A DNA stretch of 64,000 bases from Armatimonadota bacterium (lineage in GTDB: Bacteria; Armatimonadota; Zipacnadia; Zipacnadales; UBA5352): NCBI GenBank assembly GCA_034722055.1, contig JAYENL010000038.1, forward strand, positions 33,744-97,743, read 5' to 3'. Position numbers and translations under genes: made by a program. The notes under the pieces were generated by a model that was not told where the DNA came from, ran no database searches, and saw nothing but the letters and a program-made list of their open reading frames with translations. Below, piece after piece: positions 56,001 through 64,000 of the stretch. Each line of letters opens with the position of its first letter. The first letter of the stretch is position 1.

Positions 56001-56153
56001 CCGACGCTCTTCACCGCCCGCAGCCTCGACGGGGAGCCGATCGCACAGTCGGCCCGGGTGCGCATCTATCATGGCTTCGGCGATCCGCGGATCAGCCTCG
56101 GCGGCCGGGTCTTCGAGGTGCCGAGGGAGCAGATCATCAGCCTGAGGGGCTAA
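53034..56153 (+). CDS. GH101/DUF5696-like glycoside hydrolase lipoprotein
   Basis: Lipobox VAGC. Motifs GWINGGYDVRHPDILP, GMHDNYQDMY, YFIDT, GSEEG and IPLFPLVY. Two Ig-like VFVHF...WQPG domains. Confidence 0.75.
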   Translation: MRVRTLLRVLVVAIAVAGCDAMVEPQDIDPGFEPELVDVSFTSRQIRPGDQFAMTIRFRNGGERPARADYMVFVHFEAPEASCEDIVFQADHPPTVPTSMWQPGEVITEGPHVLRAPEDRPEQQYFVHIGVYDHLETGERLLETYEGGKIAVTSDAPPSESMAPEPLPDVEVARRREAMRQRVSADAAASLETEDWRFLLDPDTTAWLLEDRRTGVVWASRPDAARFGQILLRSGERSFQYHIVGFEEVSEEPGALRLTVRPRAYGEPTGVTVTFTVEPVADPGGLRISYASEEEGQWRVAQVTPLDGALWVTEADDGRLYVPHRLGIELPANEGVPGRQSWTTYNNLSMAMCGAVKQGSALLVNWEKVDTHLRMETSWPDAPAVPGRRMRALTLTMEEPAAAFSLHPLGEGGYMEIARAYRPLAEAKGWRQTWAEKRRDFPSVDRIFGAADFKPFVFSRVLPSSRFNDTDQERTHLGFTFEEVARCAEHWRHDLEIDRAFVVMAGWINGGYDVRHPDILPAAPECGGNEALQEAIARIKRCGYLVGMHDNYQDMYRDAPSWDEEYINTDRQGRLKRGGNWNGGQAWQVCAIKQVELAAREDSNLPRVAQLFDPTIYFIDTTFAWPLVTCHDPDHPMTRRDDLEWKTKLCMLAKQHFGLFGSEEGREWSVPCADYLEGIFGHRTDNPPGDVIPLFPLVYSDCVQIMTHQGNRIAAGDEKKMADHILFAEMHLPRFGNHLYWQDAERNRVPVVPLEPLVEQVGDRSVAITYRWRVEGTIEEDLRTFVHFTHPAATRPEDIAFQDDHLPDPPTSQWQPGSIVEVGPRTVEVPQQFDGRSALLVGMTSDAGRVLLSDVQHSNRRYQLGSIVTAEEGIRFQPADGGRVRELWSRSDGGWAEGMCITDVVIKNTWEVLSPLNVITAEEALASHEFLSDDRLVQRTRFGDVTIIVAYERPAKIDGTTLPPYGFIVQSPTFVAFCATSYAGVEYDTPTLFTARSLDGEPIAQSARVRIYHGFGDPRISLGGRVFEVPREQIISLRG

Positions 56154-57574
56154 CATGTGGCCCAGCCGGTGAGATGCTGCCGGGCTGGGACTGTCTGTGA
56201 ACGCGCTGAGCGATTCGTGAGGATCGTTGCGCAGGAACAGCGCAACTGACAGCGAACCCCCGGCCAGCAGCATGCGGCCGCCCTCGACGATGATCACCTT
56301 GCCACGACACTCGATGCCGCCCTCGCTCAGCTCGTCGAGCGCCACGAGAGCTCGATCATCGCCGGTCACCAGATACTGCTCCCGTCCGGCCGGAGCGAGG
56401 TCGTAGGTCCCCGCACACCCGCCACTGACGTTGTAGAAGATCGAGGCGAAGCGAACGCCCTCCCTCGCCCCGAGCCGCCCCCCCTGCCGCTGGTGCAGCA
56501 CGCACAGCGGGATGGAGATGCCCTGGCTCTCATGTGTCGTCACCCGGCAGCGCGCTGGCTCCGCCGACCTGATGAGAAAGCGCTTGGGCTCGCCGACAAC
56601 ACCGTCCTCGGGGCGCAGGGGCTCGGCGTCCTCGGCCTCGACGGTCAGCACGGCCTCCTCGACCCGGTAGAACGTGAAGCAGTCAACGAGGGGGATGGAT
56701 CGCAGACGGTCCGGAGCGTGTAGCCGCGAGGCCCGGGATAGAGGCTGTCCGCGAAGGCGTACCAGTTGTGGAACAGCCGCGCGATGAGCGGGTTCGTCAC
56801 GCAGTTGCCCACCGCCAGCACGGTCCGCTCTCCCAGGCCGGCCTCCGCCGGATCGTCCACGACCGTGACGTCTCGGCCGACCGCGTCCGAGAGGCCCTCC
56901 GCCAGGGTCTGCGCGGCGGTCCGACAGGCCTCAGTCCGTCCGGCCACGACCACGGGAGGGTGAGCATCCACCACCAGCGGCGTCATCCGCCGCAGCGGCC
57001 GCGGGGCGCTGACCGTGGAGACGGGGTTGCCGAGCTCGGCCGCCCGGGCTGCATCGCCGGCAAGCGCCGGCCCGAGCACCTCGATCTCAGCCACGCAGGG
57101 ATGAGCGCGCTTGCCCTCGGAGACGCCCTCGACCGAGCGCAGCCGGAGGACCCGGAGGCTGACCGGGTCCCAGCGGTGCTCCAGCCACTCGCCGACCGCC
57201 GCATCCGCCTCCTCCGCGAGGGTCAGCTCGTAGTCGCCGTCACCATCGGCGTCGCCCTCGATGACATAGCGGGTGGTGTAGTAGATCTCGCTGTGCTGGA
57301 AGAAGCGCAGGCCTGTGACCTCGCGCGCCGAGGCGAAGTCGAAGGCCACGCTGCCGTCGCCGGAGGTTCCCACCTCGAAGGCGAAGCCGGTACCGACGCG
57401 GCCGTCGAGGATGTGCTGGACGCGCCCCTCGGCCACCTGGGGATGGCAGGTGATCTCGGCGGCCGGGGCGATGTTTGCCTCCTCCGCGCCGGCGGTGGAA
57501 GAGGCCAGGGCGATCACGACGACGGCGAGCAGCAGCATGACGTGCGGGTCCCTCCCGTCGGTGGGTGGCGTCAC
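56154..57574 (-). pseudogene. Internally deleted, frameshifted remnant of a large secreted discoidin-domain protein
   Basis: Signal peptide and F5/8-like domain run to YTLRTVCDP. The frame then changes near 56697 into IPLVDCFTFYRVEEAVLTVEAED..., which has no stop before the convergent gene. Confidence 0.6.
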
Positions 57575-57592
57575 CTGGCTTTTGAGCCGGCG

Positions 57593-58948
57593 TTACTCCA
57601 GCACGCGCGGCGTGGGGTTCGGATAGTGCCCGGCCGGCCGCCGGCCTCTGGCCTCCCGATCGGTGTCGCCCAGCTCCTCCCGCGCCTGCTCGGCGAGGAC
57701 CATCAGCCGCTGGACGACCTCGGGCTGCTGGCCGGCCACGTTGGTGGTCTCCCCTGGATCGGCCTGCATGTCGAACAGCAGGGCCTCGGTCGCGCCCTCA
57801 TCATCACCGTGGAAGGTCCGGCGGTCCTCGCGGGGGATGAACAGCTTCCAGCGCCCGGAGCGCACGGCATGGAGCTGTTCCATGTGGTAGTAGACGAAGG
57901 CCTCGTACGGCGACCCTGCGCCCTCCTCACCGCGCAGGAGCGAGCTGATGTCACGGCCATCGATGGTCCGGTCGGTCGGCCCCTCGGTCCCGGCCAGCCG
58001 AGCGAAGGCGGGCAGGAAGTCCATGGTGGTGCAGACCTCGGAGCACTCCGCACCCGCCGGGATGGTGCCCGGCCAGCGCATCACGCACGGCACGCGCATG
58101 CCGCCCTCCCAGGTGCTGTAGCCCCAGCCGCGCAGCGGCTCGTTGCTGCCGCCATGATTCCTGGGCGTGCCATTGTCCGAGAGGAAGATGACCAGGGTGT
58201 TATCATCGAGCCCAAGCCGCTGGATCGCCCGGATCACCTCGCCCGCCGACCAGTCAAGCTCCTCCACACAGTCCCCGTAGGCCCAGTTGCCGGAGCGGCC
58301 GGAGAAGCGCGGCCCCGGCTCCGGCCAGCGCACGCTGCCGGGCAGCGCCTGCGGAAGGTAGAGGAAGAACGGCCGGTCTGCGTTGTCCTCCATGAAGCCG
58401 ATGGCCTCTTCGGTGTAGCGCTCAGTGATGGTGGGCAGGTGAACCGGCGCCTCGATGACCTCCTCATCGCGCATCAGCGGCAGCGGCGGCCAGTCGAACT
58501 GGGGCCTGGGCGTCATGTCCTCGCTGTAGGGGATGCCGTAGTAGCGGTCGAAGCCCTGCCGGGTGGGCAGAAAGGGGGGCTGGTCGCCCAGATGCCACTT
58601 GCCGATGCAGGCGGTGGCGTACCCGGCGTCGCCCAGCAGGTCGGCAATCGTGATCTCGTCGGGGTTGAGCCCTTTCGCTGCGATAGGCTGAAGCACCGCC
58701 CCACCGGTGTCGGACACGTGCATGTCCACCCGCTGAGCGTAGCATCCGGTCATCAGGCTCGCCCGCGAGGGCGTGCACACCCCGCTGGTGACGTAGAAGT
58801 CGGTGAACCGCATGCCCTCCTCGGCCATCCGATCCACGTTGGGCGTGCGGTGGACGGGATGGCCGTAGCATCCCATGTCACCGTAGCCGAGATTATCGCA
58901 GAAGATGACCACGAAGTTGGGCTGTCGCTGGGCGGCTGTGTCGCTCAT
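57593..58948 (-). CDS. Formylglycine-dependent (S1) sulfatase, Cys-type, cytoplasmic
   Basis: Motifs PNFVVIFCDNLGYGD, CTPSRASLMTG, GKWHLG, SDNG and EGGMRVP. No signal peptide. Confidence 0.93.
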   Translation of the reverse strand: MSDTAAQRQPNFVVIFCDNLGYGDMGCYGHPVHRTPNVDRMAEEGMRFTDFYVTSGVCTPSRASLMTGCYAQRVDMHVSDTGGAVLQPIAAKGLNPDEITIADLLGDAGYATACIGKWHLGDQPPFLPTRQGFDRYYGIPYSEDMTPRPQFDWPPLPLMRDEEVIEAPVHLPTITERYTEEAIGFMEDNADRPFFLYLPQALPGSVRWPEPGPRFSGRSGNWAYGDCVEELDWSAGEVIRAIQRLGLDDNTLVIFLSDNGTPRNHGGSNEPLRGWGYSTWEGGMRVPCVMRWPGTIPAGAECSEVCTTMDFLPAFARLAGTEGPTDRTIDGRDISSLLRGEEGAGSPYEAFVYYHMEQLHAVRSGRWKLFIPREDRRTFHGDDEGATEALLFDMQADPGETTNVAGQQPEVVQRLMVLAEQAREELGDTDREARGRRPAGHYPNPTPRVLE

Positions 58949-59152
58949 CTGTCAGACCCTCCACACGTTCCATCGCTCTCGCTGCTGGTCGTGCGACGCA
59001 TCGCCTCTGTTCGCCGACGCCTCGCCGGCACCTGCGCCCCGAGGTCGTTGTCCAGCCGTCTGGAGGGGCCGGCCTCCGTTCCGGCCCGGCCGTTGCCGTC
59101 GGTCACCCGCCTGAAGATGCGGCTGATGCATAGGGCGCAGGAGTAGTTGCCC

Positions 59153-62100
59153 CTATGGCGCCGCCAGCCAGTACACGGCATTGGTGAGCAGCGCCGCCTC
59201 AGCGGGATTGAGCTCCTCCGTAAACTCGTACCCGTCCGGGCCCTCCGCGCTCCTGCAGCCGAGGTCCATGCCGCTGAGCACCACGCGCCCCTGCCCGACC
59301 TCGCCGGCCACGACGGTGGGGTCACCTCCGGCGTTGCCCTGCCGCTGACTCACCACCACGGTCGTCCCCTGCGGCCCGGGATTGAGCTTGATGTAGTCAG
59401 CGAAGCCCGACTGGAACTGCTGACCGACCTCCAGCGCCGTCTCCTCCAGCCAGGCAGCGAAGGCGGGGTCATCGGATTTGTCCCCGAAGCGCTGCCGCAG
59501 GGCCTCGCCGCTGGCGACAGGATGGTCGGCGGCCACCTCCATGGCTGTGATCGGCACGTAGTCCGGCGCCTCGGCCACCTCCGGGAACATCGGGTGGCTC
59601 ACGGGCATGTACCCTACCGAGTGGTGGACCAGCAGCGCTCCGCCGCCGCTCTCCACGAACTGGCGCACCTCCGCCTCCCAGCCCTCGCTGAGGTTGGGCG
59701 CCGGGGCGTGCGCGCCCATGTTGGGGACGACCAGCACCTCATAGCGAGCCAGGGCCGACGCGTCAAGGTCCTCGACGTGCTCCACGACCAGGTCCTCGCG
59801 CTTCTGCAGCGCCGCCACCATGGCGTCGCCGCCCAGATCGCACCCACCGAGCGGGGAACGCAGATTCTTCAGCACCGCCACGTAGAGCTTCGATGGGTCC
59901 TTCTCCGGCAGATCGGCGCTGCGGGCGGGCTCAGGCTCCAGGCGAAGGAACTCCGTGCCAGGGTGCAGCGACCGGTGGATGGCCTCCACCCCCGGCCCCT
60001 GCGCGGCCTCAGCCAGTGGATACTGCTCGGGCGACGCCAGCAGGTAGAAGCTGACGTCCCCTGGCCGAACCTCCACCGACAGCGCGCCGTCGAGCTCAGA
60101 GACCCGGCCGCCCTCGATCTCGATGGCGCGGGCGTCCTGGGCCGCGGGGAGATCATTAAGCGTAAGCTTGACGCTGCGTGGCTCGCTCACGTGGCGGTTG
60201 TAGACGGCCACCACGCTGCGGGAGCCGTCGCTCAGCGCGCTGACCTCGATGTCCCGCTCCACCTCAGCCGGCACGGTCACCGGCGGCGGGCCGCCCAGGT
60301 GCATTGCCAAAGGCCGGATCAGCTCCGGCGGCGCGTCGAGCAGCGAGACGTAGCAGGCGCGGCCCTGGCCCACCTGGCGGATCGTGACCGCCGGCGCCTC
60401 GCCGATCTGGCCTACCACGCTGCCCTCTGCCGCGGACACGTTCAGGTATGCGGAGCTGAACTGCTCCGACAGCCCCTCCAGCGGCGCCGCGCTCCCCACC
60501 AGGTCCGCAGGTCCCTCAGCGCGCTCCGACACTGTCACGCCGCAGAGCTCAGTCAGCGCCTCGTTCCGCGCTGCCTCGCCCTCCACCAGCACGTTCCCGC
60601 CCTGCCGGACCCACTCCGCGATCGCCTCCGCGATCTCCGGCTCCAGCGTCGGCTCGCTGGGCACGATCAGCAGCCGGTAGTCGTCGAGCGCATCGAGGCT
60701 GAAGTGCCGCGAGAAGAGGATCTCCACCGGCAGGTTGCGCAGCAGCACGCGCTCGCGGATGCGCCGCTCGTAGTCCACCAGCCGCCCGCTCTTCTCGCCG
60801 CGCCTGATGCAGGCCTCCCAGCCGGCGCGGCTGCGCAACACCGCGGCGTAGCGCACCGGCCGAGAGCTCGCCAGCACCTGTCCCAGGCCGGTGTCCCGCA
60901 GCATCCTGAAGCCGTCAGCATTCGCCCCGGCCGCCTCCGGATACAGGCGGGAGAAGTTGATCGAGAAGTACCACATCGCGTTGCTGCCGTACATGAGGTG
61001 GTGCCTGAGGTTCAGCGCCACGTCGTCGGCCTCATACATGCAGCCGTTGACCGTGAAGACCGGTTTGTCATTGCCCTGCGCCCCCCGGATGTGGGCCAGC
61101 ATGTAGCGGGTGTGGTCCAGGCTGGTGCTGTAGAGGTCGGAATTGGTGGTGGTCAGCCACTGCGACTGCGTCTCCAGGTCGTGGTAGGCCTCCAGGCGGA
61201 AGTGGTTGTTGGGGCTGGTGACGTGAAAGACGAGAGCCTCCGGGACCTCCTCACGTACCGCTGCGGTCATGTCCCGAATCAGATCGTTGATGACGTTCAT
61301 CTTGAAGAAGACCCAGTTGTGCATGGCCGGCTCTGCGAGGCGGTCGAAGTCCATCTCGTCGGGCATCGCCATGCCGTACTGCTCCTGGAAGGCCGCGCGA
61401 CAGGCCTCGCAGTTGCCGGGGAAGGTGAACTCGTCCACCAGGTAGACCCCGTCGGGCCGGTACGCGGCCACATTCCTGGCGCCGGCGACGTACTCGTCGT
61501 GCTGGGCGTAGGGGCACAGCCGCTCGCCCCCGCGGAAGGCCAGAGGCTTGAGGATCACGCCCACGCCCATCCGGTGCGCCTCCCGGAGCAGGGGCTCTAC
61601 GTACTCCGGATGCCTGTCGCTGGCGATGATGTAGTTGCCGCCCCGCGACGCCACCTCCCGCACCAGCCGCGGGATGACCAGCTCTGGCTCCTTCACCGTC
61701 GTCGAGGCGAAGAACCAGTGCAGCGTGCCGGACATGCGCAGGTAGTCCTGGCCGAAGGTCGGCACGCGCGGCTGGGGCACGTCGTCGGGCGTCTGCCGCT
61801 GGCCCAGGAGGACCGCCGGAGGGTTCTTCCACGCCAGGTAGGCCCTGCGCACGTCCCCATGGTCGCCGCGCGCCGCCACCATCGCCCCCCGCATCAGGCC
61901 ATCCTCAAGCCGGTTGCTGACGATGGCCGTGTGGCCGTGCACGGAGTGCACGTACGGGCTCAGCCGGCTCGTCTGCTGGAGGTCGAAGTACTCGCCGACC
62001 ACCTCGCCGCGCTCATCCTCGAACGCCAGCCAGCCTTCCTTCATGTAGGAGCGGATGTCATCGAAGGGCCGGTAGAACTCGCCCGTGCGCAGGACCGCCC

Positions 62101-63616
62101 GCTTGAGGCCCTCCGGCGCCTCGTACCACATGGCGTCATGCGTCCCGTCCCCGCCAGGGGCCCAGCCTGTGAAGCGGCTGACACCGCTGGACTCCTGGGC
62201 CGTGATCTCGTAGAAGAGGCTCTCGCTCCCCGCCACCAGGGCGTAGCTGATGGTCAGGTCCGGGCCCGTGTAGGTGACCGTCTTGCGCACCGGCCCATCC
62301 TCGGCCACTGACGCCTGGTACTGATCCATGTCCTCGCGGTGGCGGATGAGGTTGCACCGCCCGCGGTCGATCCCCCGCCAGGTCGCAAGCTCATTGTCCA
62401 CCCGCGCGCCCAGAGGCGCCACCACCCGCGGCTGGGGCACGACCGGATCCAGCACCACCCGGAGGCGGTCGTTGCGCAGCTCGATCCCGCCCTCGGAGCG
62501 CTCCATCGCCAGCAGCGGCGCCGCCGCCTCGCTCTCAGCGGCCTCCCCGCCGAAGTAGAGATACAGGAGCCTCTGCTGGTAGGGCTTGAGATCCACCAGC
62601 GTCAGGACCTCGCAGGTGCGGTCATCCTCGCCCCTGAGGCGCGCCTGGCAGGGCAGCTCGTATCCGGCCCAGGTGAACACGCGGACGGACTCGGGGGCCA
62701 CGTCCTCGGGCAGCGCGACGCTGAGGCTCACCGGCGCTGCCCTCCGCTGCAGCCCGATGGGCTCCCCGACGACCACCGGCAGGCGCGTGGCCGCCGCCTC
62801 GGCATGCCATGGCGCCTGCTCGGCGCGCGACAGGTAGCAGGGGTTGGCCGCCGGCTCGCGCCGCTCGTACGGGTCGTAGACCGGCACCGCCTCGCCGGGT
62901 CCTGGCAGTCCCCCGAAGGCGTACGAGAGGATATTCTCGAAGAGATCCTTCACCGCACCTGACTCGTCGCGGAAGATCCCGTAGAGCTGGGTGAGGATCA
63001 CCGTGCCCTCGCCCGCGACCCCGTCAGCGATCAGCAGGGCTGCCTTCCCCGGATCGCCCGTGCGCGAGACGAGACAGGTGAAGCTCTGGCCCCAGTCACT
63101 CCACCAGCCGTAGGCCCTTTCGAGGTCGCCGGTAATCGCGTGGGGCTCAGAGAGGATGGCGTGCTCGGCGTCGGGTGCGACCTCGACGGGGTAATACTCC
63201 CCTTCGGTCTGTCCGGGGTGCTGGAGCCCCAGCTCCGCGAAGAAGGCCTCGTAAGGGCCGCCCCCCAGGCCATTGTAGTCCACGAACAGCATCCCGCCGT
63301 TGGCCAGGAACTGCGTGATCGCCTCCCGACGCTCGGGAGTGCCGAAGACGTTCTCCTGCGCGGCGTAGCCCGAGTATTGCCCGATGTAGAGAAGCTGCGC
63401 GTCCGCGAGGGCTCGCGCAAAGCCCTCCAGATCCTCGCCCTCAAACGATCTGACCTCGACGTCGTAGAGGCTCAGCTCCCGGCCGGGGAGGCTGCGCCCC
63501 TCCGAGTTGTAGACCACCATCACCCGCTGCCTGGCGAGACACACCGTCGCTGACGCCGTGGTAAGCGCCAGGCCCACCGAAGCGACGAGAAGAGTACGGT
63601 GCCTTCGCATGAGCAT
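59153..63616 (-). CDS. Large secreted glycosidase-like protein with three GATase-like (trimerisation-type) domains
   Basis: Signal peptide. GATase-like motifs FLANGG, WVRQGG and FVESGGG. Central GVYLVDE...CEACRAAF...WVFFK resembles GH42-like barrels. Confidence 0.65.
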   Translation of the reverse strand: MLMRRHRTLLVASVGLALTTASATVCLARQRVMVVYNSEGRSLPGRELSLYDVEVRSFEGEDLEGFARALADAQLLYIGQYSGYAAQENVFGTPERREAITQFLANGGMLFVDYNGLGGGPYEAFFAELGLQHPGQTEGEYYPVEVAPDAEHAILSEPHAITGDLERAYGWWSDWGQSFTCLVSRTGDPGKAALLIADGVAGEGTVILTQLYGIFRDESGAVKDLFENILSYAFGGLPGPGEAVPVYDPYERREPAANPCYLSRAEQAPWHAEAAATRLPVVVGEPIGLQRRAAPVSLSVALPEDVAPESVRVFTWAGYELPCQARLRGEDDRTCEVLTLVDLKPYQQRLLYLYFGGEAAESEAAAPLLAMERSEGGIELRNDRLRVVLDPVVPQPRVVAPLGARVDNELATWRGIDRGRCNLIRHREDMDQYQASVAEDGPVRKTVTYTGPDLTISYALVAGSESLFYEITAQESSGVSRFTGWAPGGDGTHDAMWYEAPEGLKRAVLRTGEFYRPFDDIRSYMKEGWLAFEDERGEVVGEYFDLQQTSRLSPYVHSVHGHTAIVSNRLEDGLMRGAMVAARGDHGDVRRAYLAWKNPPAVLLGQRQTPDDVPQPRVPTFGQDYLRMSGTLHWFFASTTVKEPELVIPRLVREVASRGGNYIIASDRHPEYVEPLLREAHRMGVGVILKPLAFRGGERLCPYAQHDEYVAGARNVAAYRPDGVYLVDEFTFPGNCEACRAAFQEQYGMAMPDEMDFDRLAEPAMHNWVFFKMNVINDLIRDMTAAVREEVPEALVFHVTSPNNHFRLEAYHDLETQSQWLTTTNSDLYSTSLDHTRYMLAHIRGAQGNDKPVFTVNGCMYEADDVALNLRHHLMYGSNAMWYFSINFSRLYPEAAGANADGFRMLRDTGLGQVLASSRPVRYAAVLRSRAGWEACIRRGEKSGRLVDYERRIRERVLLRNLPVEILFSRHFSLDALDDYRLLIVPSEPTLEPEIAEAIAEWVRQGGNVLVEGEAARNEALTELCGVTVSERAEGPADLVGSAAPLEGLSEQFSSAYLNVSAAEGSVVGQIGEAPAVTIRQVGQGRACYVSLLDAPPELIRPLAMHLGGPPPVTVPAEVERDIEVSALSDGSRSVVAVYNRHVSEPRSVKLTLNDLPAAQDARAIEIEGGRVSELDGALSVEVRPGDVSFYLLASPEQYPLAEAAQGPGVEAIHRSLHPGTEFLRLEPEPARSADLPEKDPSKLYVAVLKNLRSPLGGCDLGGDAMVAALQKREDLVVEHVEDLDASALARYEVLVVPNMGAHAPAPNLSEGWEAEVRQFVESGGGALLVHHSVGYMPVSHPMFPEVAEAPDYVPITAMEVAADHPVASGEALRQRFGDKSDDPAFAAWLEETALEVGQQFQSGFADYIKLNPGPQGTTVVVSQRQGNAGGDPTVVAGEVGQGRVVLSGMDLGCRSAEGPDGYEFTEELNPAEAALLTNAVYWLAAP

Positions 63617-63827
63617 CCGAACCAGCCCCTCACCAGCGTTGTGCAAGGCTGCGCGCAGACAGACGCGTCCGGGCTCCCTTTCCCCATCCGAGGCTGATGC
63701 CCTTGGTCTGACTCCGAAGCGCTTCGTAGCAACCGTTCAGCGTAGCCAGAGATGGCATGTTGTGTCGGCAGATGTTGGGGGTCTCAGTGGCGTTGTGTCC
63801 GACCATAGCGTTGAGTCTCCGGGCAAC

Positions 63828-64000
63828 AGATCCTCTGCCGTTCAGGAGGTTCGGCTTTCTGCTGGCGATCAAGGGACTGAACGACAGTCGCCCTTCGGGC
63901 GACGGCCGGCTTGGGAAAGCCGGCCCTCCTGGAAGACGGATCTTGGGCGGCCGGTGAGCGTGCCCGTCAGGTGGGGGGCTTTCCTCGACACGGCGCAGGA
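63828..64000. ncRNA. Candidate structured RNA, family not identified, possibly truncated by window edge
   Basis: Adjacent perfect hairpins (63887-63903 and 63904-63925) plus several long-range complementary segments. Confidence 0.35.

Noticed and set aside
54426..56153. Distal part of the 741-aa minus-strand ORF
   Set aside because: It is antisense to the GH101-like gene. Only the part above about 56154 looks like a real gene fragment.
59147..62311. 1054-aa plus-strand ORF, and similar long ORFs at 45427-47679, 9959-11773 and 7071-8804
   Set aside because: These are antisense shadows of well-supported genes, expected at high GC3, and carry no recognisable motifs.
63968..63986. Minus-strand GAGGAAAGCCCCCCACC resembling the RNase P RNA 5' motif
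   Set aside because: It lacks the conserved T of GAGGAAAGTCC, and no matching 3' P4 strand is found downstream.

Overview
This is a high-GC bacterial window. It is Armatimonadota-like by inference, from two DUF6785 paralogues and many large secreted glycosidase-like orphans. I annotate about 40 CDS and found no rRNA, tRNA, CRISPR array or transposase. Most of the window encodes very large secreted, putatively carbohydrate-active proteins, plus a housekeeping nadD-LCP-rsfS block and a small sulfotransferase/deacetylase/GT4 cassette. The most notable locus is 29212-38724. Its left operon (Fe-ADH, split transketolase, RpiB-family isomerase, TauE exporter) has the family composition of the sulfo-transketolase (sulfo-TK, SqwF/G/H/I/E) sulfosugar pathway, with fitting active-site substitutions. 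No sulfoquinovosidase or SQ isomerase is recognisable in the window. Instead the operon is divergently paired with a metal-site-degenerate M24 enzyme, a NodB-type deacetylase, an ASRT protein and an orphan glycosidase-like protein, which suggests an undescribed entry route for an N-acylated or amino sulfosugar. A second unusual operon (15734-21251) joins an HTH-thioredoxin fusion regulator (probable ATA start), an Ssu/Tau-type ABC importer, a porin and an MtaA/CmuA-like protein. Non-coding features include a dispersed stop-codon-rich heptamer element, a REP pair with compensatory changes, a probable leaderless nadD promoter, two gene relics and a structured-RNA candidate at the right edge. All family calls come from motif recognition by eye, without database searches.
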